NCBI RefSeq assembly: GCF_006345805.1
Contig: NC_043019.1
Coordinates: forward strand, 29,635,360 to 29,699,359
Reading direction: 5' to 3'
Source of the DNA: Octopus sinensis
Lineage: Eukaryota
DNA: 64,000 nucleotides
Under the pieces are notes generated by a model. The model ran no database searches. It was not told where the DNA came from and was given only the letters and a program-made list of their open reading frames with translations. Position numbers and translations under genes: made by a program. Shown piece after piece: positions 39,433 through 49,450 of the stretch. Position 1 is the first letter of the stretch, and each line of letters starts with the position of its first letter.

Positions 39433-42400
39433 ATTATCACATAGCTTTGAGATTTCAATGATCTGATTGATTATTTTTAGAATGACATTGTAAAGTAGGT
39501 CTGAGAGGCCAGATCCGGGCGGTTGACATTGCTAAAAGGTTAAGTATCAATGCATATATATTGAAACTGTAAGGTTCCATCACCAGTCCCATAAAGGAGG
39601 GACCTTCTAACCTAATCATTCGACATGCTAGAATAAGTAGCCAAATTCCTTCAAACCACACCCTGCCATCTTGAGCAAACAACACCATTTTGATAACAAC
39701 ATTAGCTGCATTGTCGAAAATAAGATGAAATGATCGCAGATTGAACGTTTCCAACATACTTTTTTTTCGATCAGGTTCGAACTAAACCACAATATTCCTG
39801 CAACTGACTCGAACTAAACCACAGCATTCCGGCATCTTCGATTAAATTGATTGACTGTTATTAGTTTTAATAAGGACTGATTGACTCACAAATCGATTCC
39901 ATTTAATTAATATCATTATTGTTTAAACCACCCACCCTCCAGATCAACTTTGATCAAAGGCGTTCCAGCTGTGACCATTCTCATTTATTTCAGACAATGC
40001 TGGTGTTTTAATTCAGTCGGTACTGATTGAACAGATCTATGATCAAAGGCGTTCCAGCTGTGACCATCTTATCTTATATATATATATACACATATATATA
40101 CGTGTGTGTGTGTATATATATATCTATGTATATACACATATATATATACATGCATGTGTATGTGTATATGTATATATATATATATCTTTATTATCAAACA
40201 ACATCTTTTACCTTTTAATTTTTCATTCATTGGACAATGACGGGGCATCGCCTTGAAGGGGTTTAGTCGGACAAATAGACCCAAGTTCTTATCTTTATTT
40301 TTAAGCCTGGTACATATTCTATCGGTCTCTTATGCCGAACTGCTAAGTTGCGGGGGGGGGGGCATAAACAAAGACCGGTTCTAAAGCTACATCATCCAAA
40401 TGCTCTTATTTTTAAGACGGTAGGATGGGATTTGAGAGAGATTTGGCTACTATTTCTAGCAAGTTGAGCGATCACACTCCCTTGCCGACGTGCTGTTGTT
40501 GGTATAGATGTTTAACCCTAGGTCAGCAAGACTTTGAAACAAAAGCATTTCACGTGTGATTATTCCGTACTTTATTCAAATGGCGTGTAATTTATATCGG
40601 ACTATATTTCTTCTTTTTTTTTTTATTTTTTACACAATGCGAAAAGATATCAGGAAGATTCGACTACTATTTCAAGCAGTTCGAAAGGTCACGAAGAGGT
40701 TCGTCTTTGTAACTTAGTCGCACTTTTTTTTGTTTCCCCATATATAAGTAATATCTGGGATAACATTATTTGCACATTGCTTCCTTTTTTTTTAAGCCGG
40801 TAAGCTGTGATTTAAGGGAGATTTAGCTGCTATTTCTAGCAGTCCGTAAATGCTCCCTCGTTAACACGAACAAGATTGAAGAAAGCTCAGGGTACAAATT
40901 AATGTCTTTTAAAACAACACACGTTCGAATCAGCAAGCCTGCCCATTCCATTTTAAGACGGTACGGAAAGAATAAAAGTGCAGAGAAGTTAAAAATAATA
41001 AAAAAAAAAACCTTCCACGTATAATGTAGAAGGAACAATTCCAAAAATGCTAACTCCCCCACCCTATTCTACTAAAAGCCAGGGAGCCACTACATGGACG
41101 TTAAAAATGCTCTCAAATCACATACCACCCGAGTGTCATAAACATATAAAGACATTCGATAATATAAGTCCTAAATAACAAACACTATGCCTTCAAAAAA
41201 AAACAAGCGGGATAGTCACGACTGGAGTAGTTTCCATCATAGATCATTTGGTCAGGGTTGAAGCGAAATAGTACAGGGTGCTTCTTGAATGTAATCGCTC
41301 GAGTTTTTAAGAAATATAAGCAGTCTCCCTAATATCACACTCTGTTGTCTCAAAACAAGAACACTTTTAATAACCTAATCCTTAGATAATACTTTGTCTT
41401 TAAAAGGAAGGACGAGATGGTCATAACTGGAGCAGTTTTGATTATACATCGGCTTGATTAGGGATTGAATTGGGTATAAACAACATTCCCCCTTGTAATT
41501 TTTTTATCTAGAAAAAAAAGAAGGCGGGTGTACTAGGAATGGCATGTTATAACAGGAAAAAAACCCAAAATATCCTTATTTCTCACCGACTGAGACAATT
41601 ATTAACAATCTGTCTTTTATTGAACAATGAATATAGATTTTCTTGGGAATAATTACTTCGCCGATAAATTGAATATTATTCCTACAATATATTTACAATG
41701 GAATGAAATTTGTTTAATAAATCAAACATTTACAAACATTTCTTTCTAAATATTACATAAACACTTTTTAAACATTATCATCTAAAGTGTCTTAGATCTT
41801 TTAAACAATTCCTTTTACGCGAAAAACTAAGAGGAAACCGTTTAACCCTAAGTCAGCCCTGATCGAAAAAGACTTATGATCAAGGGTGCTTCAGTCGTGG
41901 CCATCCCATCTATTAACAGACAATATATCTAGGACAACGTTATCCAATGTGTCCCTCCTTTTTTTTATAAGACAGTAGGGTGTCATTTCAGGGTAATTTG
42001 CTTGTTAGAACTAGCAGGTCAAGTTATCTTATAAGGAAGGCTCTCTACTTTGCTAGTCTTGTATGTGGTGGGTCGCTCGACTTGCTAGAAATAGAAACAA
42101 AATTCCACTTCCTCGCTCATACATCCTACTTCATTGAAAACACAAGGATATAACTTAGTCCTAGATACACTTATGCCTAAAAATAACAAGATGTGTTGGC
42201 CATGACTAGAATATTTTCGTCTCCATAGATTTGCTCATTCAAAGCTTACCTGGTGCTAAATAACAAGCGAATCTATGTAAATTGTTCCGCTGCCTTATAA
42301 AACGAATCCCATAGTTAAATCATCCCCCACTGTCTTTTAATAAGGAAAGATACACAGAATAACGTGGTTCTAAATACAATATGTCTAAGTGAAAAACTGG

Positions 42401-42559
42401 ATGGTCACGATTGGAACGTCGATGATCTTATATCATTAATTAAAGTACACAAGTCTGTCTATATTTCATAATTTGCCCACGTTTACTATTTTGTTTTTCT
42501 AATTTCTAAATCATACAAATAAACTTTAAACATTTGTTCTGTTACCCTAAATATTTTTT

Positions 42560-43270
42560 TCTGTACACACACACACACGTATACACACACTCACTAATAT
42601 GTAGATACATATCAACATATGCACACACACATCTATATATATAATATATATATATATTTATTTACATACACACATCTACACATATATCTTGATACACAAA
42701 CACATCTACATATATATCTGCATACACACACACATGTACATATATCTACGTGTATACGCACACATCAACATATATCTACATATACACACACGCATCAAGA
42801 CATATCTCTACATATACACACACATCTATACATATCAACATACACACACATTTACACATATCTGTATACACTTACACATCAACACATCTCTGCATATACA
42901 CACACATCTATACATATATCAACATACACACACATTTACACATATCTGCATACACACACTTACACATCTGCACACATCAACACATATCTACATATACACA
43001 CACACATCAACATATCTCTACATATACACATACATCTATACATATATCTACATACACACACATTTACACATATCTGCATATACACACACTTACACATCTG
43101 CATACACATACACACACATCTAAATATACACAAACCTACACACACACACGTGTATCTGTATCTATCAACACACAACTATACGTATACACACACACACATT
43201 TAACACGAAACCAACAACATATATACATATACACATATATATATATACATATACACATACACACATGTAC
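42560..43270. repeat. Complex AC/AT-rich minisatellite with higher-order repeats
   Basis: Almost G-free on the + strand. The block ...CATACACACACATTTACACATATCTG(C/T)ATACAC...TTACACATC recurs at ~42840, ~42923 and ~43053. Confidence 0.9.
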
Positions 43271-43529
43271 ATGCTGTAGCTCGTAGTATAAGCTGTCGGT
43301 TTTAAAAGTAGCGCAATACGGTTAAATTAAAGTAAACGATTTAGTAAGAAATGCCTTGTCCCATCTAATAATTGCTAACCCCTTTTACACAGAGCTGTCT
43401 TCTCCGCGCCACACAACGGAAGACGAACCGAGCCAACGAGGGAGCTCCGATGTGGTTGCCAGGAAATGCTTGAAACAGTAGCCAAATGTCCCTTTTCAAG
43501 TCACACCCAGCCTTACCCTCTTAAACACA

Positions 43530-44335
43530 AGATCGATAATGTGCGCCTATACCGAGCGAAAAAAAGGCGGGATGGTCATGGCTGAAATATCTTTTGATCT
43601 GTAGGTCAATACAATCAGGCCAAATCTGGCGCTAAACAAACAGGGAGGGATATATATATATATATTAATTCTAGATATACTACGTCCAAAGTATTAAAAC
43701 AAAAGTGACGGTCGCGACTGGAACGCCGTTGATCATTCGTCCGGCAGATCAGAGCTGACTTGAGATTAAACAAGGAAGAATATATTGGAAATAGATACAG
43801 TGTGTCTAAAATTTATTTAAAAAATTTAAAGGCGGGATGGTCGCGGTTGGAACGCATTGATCACAAAACTGTTTGATCAGGCTAGATCAGGGAAGGGAGG
43901 ATTAAACGAAACAACGAAGGGTATAATGGGTAACATAGTTCTTGTCATAGTATATCTGAAATAATTTTTAAGCGGGATGGTCATAACTGGAATACCTTTG
44001 ATCATTGATCGGTGTGCTCGATCAGTTCAAGATATGTAACAGCACAAGGAAGAAAGAATACAATGGATAGTGTAGATGTATGACACTGCAAAATGTTTGA
44101 AATTAAATTTTTTTTTTAAAGCGGGGTGGTCACGGTTAGAATGCATCTGATCGTTATATATAGGTTTGATCGATCGGGCTAGATTTAGCTGCTACTTACT
44201 TAACAAGGAAGAATATACAGTTCTTGATATGTCTAAAACCTTTTAGAAGGCCGTATAGTCGCAACTAGAACTCCTTTGATCGGTAATAGGTCTGTTCGAT
44301 CAGGGTCGACTGGGGCTAAAACAACATCAACAACT
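43530..44335 (+). repeat. Tandem array of six diverged 125-150 bp units of a dispersed octopus repeat
   Basis: Core GCGGGATGGTC..(A/G)(C/T)TGGAA...TTGATC...GATCAG at ~43567, 43705, 43831, 43972, 44121 and 44249. Confidence 0.8.
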
Positions 44336-44485
44336 AAAGACAGTATTTTTTTTTTTTTAGATCTTTGACAACCAAATGCTGTTTGTTACTTATTTGTCAA
44401 CAACAAGCGCTGTAAGTAGGGCTGGAAAAATAAGTAGGAGGACATGTAAACAGCAAAACAGGGGGAAAAATTAATAAACACTTAC

Positions 44486-44765
44486 CTGTATTATCCAAAA
44501 GAAACGATGTCAACAAATGCGGGGCGGTATCTTCCAATCCAACACAAAATTCGTGCATAGCAGTTTCGCCTTTGTCAGACAAGATATCTAAAAATACTTC
44601 TGCACGAGTTTTACTATCTCCATGCGAACTTATTTCGTGCTCTTCGCCAGCTGTAAGAACATTTTTATGTACAAGCCTGGGTAATACTTTTAAAACATCC
44701 AAATCGTTAATAATTGTGGACTTGTGTTTTGCAATTAGACGAGAAATATAACCTTTACTCGCCAT
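44486..44765 (-). CDS. DLG5: First coding exon encoding a CARD domain, probably the N-terminus of Disks large homolog 5
   Basis: ATG at 44765 (CAAAAATGGCG) opens 93 codons MASKGYISRLIAKHKSTIINDLDVLKVLPRLVHKNVLTAGEEHEISSHGDSKTRAEVFLDILSDKGETAMHEFCVGLEDTAPHLLTSFLLDNT. It ends at a canonical phase-1 donor ACAG|GTAAGT (44486|44485). The helix pattern is typical of a CARD. The C-terminal half resembles human DLG5 CARD as recalled (AELLLKLLLAKE...LEKTQPHLL versus AEVFLDILSDKG...LEDTAPHLL). A strong acceptor TTTTATTTTCAG at 44851-44850 suggests the full exon is 44849-44486. CARD call is firm; gene identity is inference. Confidence 0.75.
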
Positions 44766-45250
44766 TTTTGATCGACTGTGGCTTAAGCTAGGGTGGGGTG
44801 CCCCGTTGAGGTTACATTCCGATAGACTTGGCCGCAAACAAAACAAACACTGAAAATAAAACACGCACACATACACACTCACAAGCAGCCACTAAATATA
44901 ATAGATACTAATATAAACTAAGCAGGCCTAACTAAAGCATAAACATAAAACCGGTTACTTTTCATTCAACAACACTACTAAATTTATATTACAAATACTT
45001 TCGTGTACTCTTAACGTCTTACGTTCTCCAGCCTATGTCTTCTTCTAAGTCTATATATACCCTACTGATTTCATTTCAGAGATTATAAGATATATATACA
45101 TATAAACTGTACACAAACGATCTTTGCTGTACCTAGTGAGAAAGCTAATAGAATATATAAAAAAAAAAGGCCAGCAAGTCTGAGCAATATATAAATATAA
45201 ATATGTGTAAATCCCTTCCCTCCTTCTTCAAGCAAGGGAAATTCTCTTAC

Positions 45251-45295
45251 TTCCACATGTGCGCCCGTCTACTGAGAGCACTGACTGAAGAGCAG
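45251..45295 (-). promoter_or_regulatory. Putative TSS and non-coding first exon of the CARD gene
   Basis: Minus strand reads CTCTTCAGTCAGTGCTCTCAGTAGACGGGCGCACATGTGGAA|GTAAGA. It has three TCAGT initiator-like motifs then a donor at 45250, which could splice to the acceptor at 44850. An E-box CACGTG lies near 45345-45350. An alternative donor AAC|GTAAGA is at 45022. Confidence 0.4.
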
Positions 45296-45354
45296 TATGC
45301 ATATAACACAGCCGTCTGTCTGGTACATGTGGCTTTGTTTGTGTCACGTGAATT

Positions 45355-45992
45355 CTATTTTGCATAATATTCACGAGCAAATATTATATTTCACTCAATA
45401 AATACAAAAATATATTTGGAAATGTATTTATTTTTTTTCTAATGAGAATTAAAAATGAAAAATTGAAAATTAAAAGTGAGTTAGAGTGGAAAAACAAAAA
45501 CACACACACAAAAAATTGAAATCAATATTTGCGTAATATTTACAAGTAAACATTATTTTTCGCTCAGTAAATACCAGAAATATATTTTTAAATGTTTATT
45601 TTATTTTATATATTTTTACCGAGAAATAACACGAAAAATTAAATTGAGTCAGAATGGTAAAAAAAAAAAAACTTGATATAATATTTGCAAGTAAATATCA
45701 TTACTTTTGTTCCCTAAATACCAATAATATATATTTTGTAATATTTTAATATATTAATTTTTAATGAAAAAAAATCAAAAGTGAAATTAAATTGAGTTTA
45801 GAATGGAAAACAAAAAGAAAATGAAAAAAAACTTGAAATACTATTTGCGTAATATTCACAAGCAAATTATCATATTTCCTTTAATAAATACCAGAAATAT
45901 ATAATTATTTTATATATATACATATTTTATTTTTAATAGAAATTTTAAAAAATAAAAATTAAATTGAGTTTAAAGTGGAAAAAGAAAAGTTG
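45355..45992. repeat. Four-unit AT-rich tandem repeat (145-171 bp) between the two divergent genes
   Basis: Anchor TAATATT(C/T)(A/G)C(A/G)AG(C/T)AAA at 45365, 45534, 45679 and 45850. Each is followed by AATA(C)CA..AATATAT and AAATTAAA.TGAGT..GA.TGGAAAA. Confidence 0.85.
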
Positions 45993-46011
45993 CAATGTTT
46001 ATTGTAGGTGA

Positions 46012-46059
46012 CAGGAAGTTGGTCGACGTGTGACGTCACGCCGGTACGGTATAGCCAAT
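46012..46059 (+). promoter_or_regulatory. Housekeeping-type promoter motifs upstream of the LEO1 ATG
   Basis: ETS-like CAGGAAGT (46012-46019), full palindromic CRE TGACGTCA (46031-46038) and CCAAT directly before the ATG, with high CpG density. Confidence 0.55.
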
Positions 46060-46099
46060 ATGGAGGAGCTATTTGGAAGTGATACCGACAGCGAAGCTC
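46060..46099 (+). CDS. LEO1: First coding exon of RNA polymerase-associated protein LEO1 (Paf1 complex)
   Basis: ATG GAG GAG CTA TTT GGA AGT GAT ACC GAC AGC GAA GCT C|GTATGT = MEELFGSDTDSEA then a phase-1 donor. It closely matches the human LEO1 N-terminus as recalled (MADMEDLFGSDADSEAERK). It lies in CpG-rich, promoter-like sequence. Not in the ORF track; exon 2 not found in the window. Confidence 0.7.
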
Positions 46100-48129
46100 G
46101 TATGTTGCTTTTTTGTCTATTTATTGCTTTACTTGACGACATTTCGCTGTACCAGCATAAAACTTAATGTTGGCACATTTGAAAAAAATGTGTCGTTTGT
46201 TATTTTATTTGCTTCGTGTATGCTTGTTATCGTTTTTAAACCGTCGCAGTTGTATCCTTTTTTCTCTTATGCTTTTTATTTAATTAACAGCGAGGGAACG
46301 AACAAGCATTTTAACGCGGTGGCAGGACCTGTTCGAAATCGCAGCCACCAAATCATATATAACCACCCTAATCATTTTAAAAGAACACAAAGAAATGCAC
46401 ACACATTTAGCAATGTGACCCTAGATCTAGATTACACTATAACCGAATAATAAAACAAACAGGATAGCCATAGCTAGAATCATGGCTCGATGAGAGCTAA
46501 CGAGGGGCTAAACACACCAACAGCTCATTCAAATATAGTTTTTATCCTTCCTCATCGTGGGTTTTGTATTTCGGTGGTCTTTCATTTCCTTTCACATCTG
46601 TGAATCGCGTGGTTATTATTCCTGGAAGTAATCAATTCTACAAAACCACATGGGGGTCTATGGCATTCTTTCGTTAGAAGCAGCATTCTAACGGAAGAAT
46701 GCCGGGTCTGTTTTACATACAGCTGCTGTGATGTTCAGCTGTTATTGAATTTAACGGATCGATCTTAAATATTCCGAAAAATACTCTCGAAATAAACACT
46801 GTCTCTTTGCAACTGATAAAACTTAACCAGTGTTTGTTGCTTAGTTAGCCCTGATCGAACACATGATAAAAAGCATTTCAGCTGTAAACATGCTTTTTCT
46901 TCGTGCAAGAAGCCTCAGACCATATGTATCTTCTAAAGCTGTAAGGTTGTGATTTGAAGAAGATCTGTTATTATTTCTCGTAGATCGAATACCTACATAG
47001 AGGTTCCGTTAGTTTCGAGTGGTGCAAAGTTCTTTTTGCTTCTCGTTTGGTGAGTTGTTTAGCATCATGTCAGCCCTGATCGTTCACGTGGACCTATGAT
47101 GAAAAAGTATTCTGTCTGTGACCATCATGTCTTTTAATTAGTATGTATCAGACTACATTATCCAATGTGTCCTTCCTTCTTTTTTTAAAGATGGTAGGTA
47201 AGGCGACAAATTGACAGAGAAGTGTTAAAATTTCGGGTGAAATGCTTTTTGTGTTGTGAGTTTAAATGGCGCCGAGGTCAACTTCGTCTCTTTTGAGATC
47301 GATAAATAAAGTACTATTCTAAGTTAACAGACTCTAGTTGCCAAAGGCTAGCATGAGAGCGATCCATAGTATTCAACTTGATGAGAGTAATCGATGTCTG
47401 ATTGATGGCGGTAAGATGTGATTTGAGAAGGATTTGGCTGCTTTTTCTTGCGAGTTGAGTAGGAGCGGGCGACATTTTTGGAACAATGAACCTTATGAGA
47501 AATATTGCTTGTCGTAAATGAGATCACACTAGTAAAGTCGTAATTTAACAAATTGTGTACTGAGTACACCTTGTATTATATATACACCAAACAGATCATC
47601 AAAAAATGATTGAGAGAAAGCATGAGTGAATGAAGGAAAGAGAATGTAAATAGTTTAGATTAACGAAGTCGGACCTGAAGATTATATTAGAAAATCTTAG
47701 TAAAAACTTATGTTTACATATCGCTCTGTGCCTGTCGTAAATAAAAGACTAACAAGTTGCCCATGCATAAAAGAGAGGCTGCCCTCGTTTGTTCGATTAG
47801 ATAATGTTCAGACCCAGGTGAGTCCAGATTGAGCAAGCCTAAGATCGTCGTGGTTCCAGCCTTGACCATACCATCCGGAGTTTGTTTTTTAATGTATTGT
47901 GTATCGAGGGCTAACATTATCCATTGCGTCTTTTTTGTAAGACAGTATGGTATGATTTGAGAAAATTTGGCTTCTGTTTTAGCAGTTCAAGCAACTACAT
48001 AAGAGTTTGATGATGATAATGAAATTGTTGTGTATAGTGCTCAGGTGCACAACTTATCAAAGGTGCCTGTATAGTACATAGAATTATGTACAAATGTCAG
48101 GAAGTGAAGTCATAATATACACATATATG

Positions 48130-49450
48130 CATGCATATGGAGGTGGGGATATCAGGTGTAGTGTAGGTGAATTTCAGGAAGCATGGAAGTTTCAAAGGAT
48201 GCTATGTCTCGGCAGCTAACAACTGATGCAGGTAGTTTGTTACATACTTCAGCAACTCTGAGTGTGAAAAGAATGTTTCCGAAAGTCATGGAAGCTGTGC
48301 TGTTTTCTGACTTTGTTGGCATGCCCACATGTGTTAGGCACATGGAATTCAAAAAGGTGCTCAGAGTTGTTGTTAGCATGAGGGTCAACAATTTTATGGG
48401 TGTTTACCAAATCAGTTGCCAGAAGTCAGAACTTCAGTGTATCTATGTCCAGGGAAGCAAGGCATTCAGAGTATGGTAGTTGCCTGATGGAGGGGATTAG
48501 CTTGGTTGTACATTTCTGAACAGTTTCCAGGAGATCAATGTTCTGAGCAAGATAGGCGTTCCAGACTGGTGGTGCAAATTCCAAGTGTGGCCGCACCATA
48601 GCCATATACAGCCTCAAATAGATAGCTGGAGAGTGGCTGACAAAGGTCTTGCTGAGTGATGCCAAAACACCCTCGGCCTCCTTGACAATTTTAGAGATGT
48701 GCTTTGTCCAGCACAAATCGCTACTGACAGTAATGCCCAGGTCACATTCACAAGAAGACTTCTTGATATTAGTGTTGTGTAGGGAGTATGTGGATGCTGA
48801 GTTTTTCCTCCCAAAATGCGTGGTGGTACACTTGTCTACAGCCAGCTTCAGTTGCCAGTCCTGTGATCGATTGTTGCACTGTGTCCAGGTCCAATTGCAG
48901 GAAAGATCTATAGTATTCAGGATCTGTCCTTTTTATCCCAAGGTACAGCTTGATGCCATCTGCATATTTCAGCGCTGTGGCATTCTTTAAGTTGGCATCT
49001 ATGTCATTAATGTATGCAACCAGTTATAAAGATCATCTTTCACACCTATTGCAGTGAGCTTTTCCACAAGTCTTTTGTGTGTGGTACAGAATTAAAAGCT
49101 TTAGCAAAGTCAAGGTAAATAACCTCCAGCCATGAGCTACCATCAGTGATCCAGGTGATGTCTTCAAGAAACTCGTTAATTTGATCACAGCAGTTGGGGT
49201 TAGGAATAAATACAAATTGCGAGGGCCAGATAAGGCTGTGAGAATTCTAGAGTGTTTCTCTGACACAGGATTCCACCAGTTTGGCAATGCAGCTAGTATG
49301 ACTGACTGGATGATAGTTGACAGGCAACATGCAGTCACCCTTTTTGAACAGAGGATTGACACTGGCAGTTTTCCACTGCTCTGGAGTAGCACCGTTGTTA
49401 AGACAAAATTGAAAGAAGAATGAAAGCTGGTGCAGAAATTTTAAGCTGTG
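48130..49450 (-). mobile_element. CR1/L2-type LINE reverse transcriptase fragment, decayed
   Basis: Minus-strand translation shows EQWKTASVNPLFKKGD, NYHPVSHTSCIAKLVE, VIYLDFAKAFNSVPH, LYMAMVRPHLEFAPPVWN, LETVQKCTTKLIP and FTLRVAEVCNKLPASVV, with multiple stops and frameshifts. Confidence 0.9.

Noticed and set aside
42619-43286. Long His/Thr/Tyr/Ile-rich ORFs (144-194 aa)
   Set aside because: Artefacts of the AC/AT minisatellite, which lacks stop codons on this strand.
43530-44335. Repeat-spacer appearance reminiscent of a CRISPR array
   Set aside because: Units are long and diverged, belong to a dispersed eukaryotic repeat, and there are no cas genes.
44766-44882. 39 extra N-terminal codons in the predicted 161-aa ORF, and its tail beyond 44486
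   Set aside because: These correspond to 5' UTR/intron upstream of the ATG at 44765 and read-through past the donor.
45361-45378. ATATTCACGAG resembling part of the lophotrochozoan miR-1993 as recalled
   Set aside because: Only a partial match, no hairpin, and it is one unit of the AT-rich tandem repeat.
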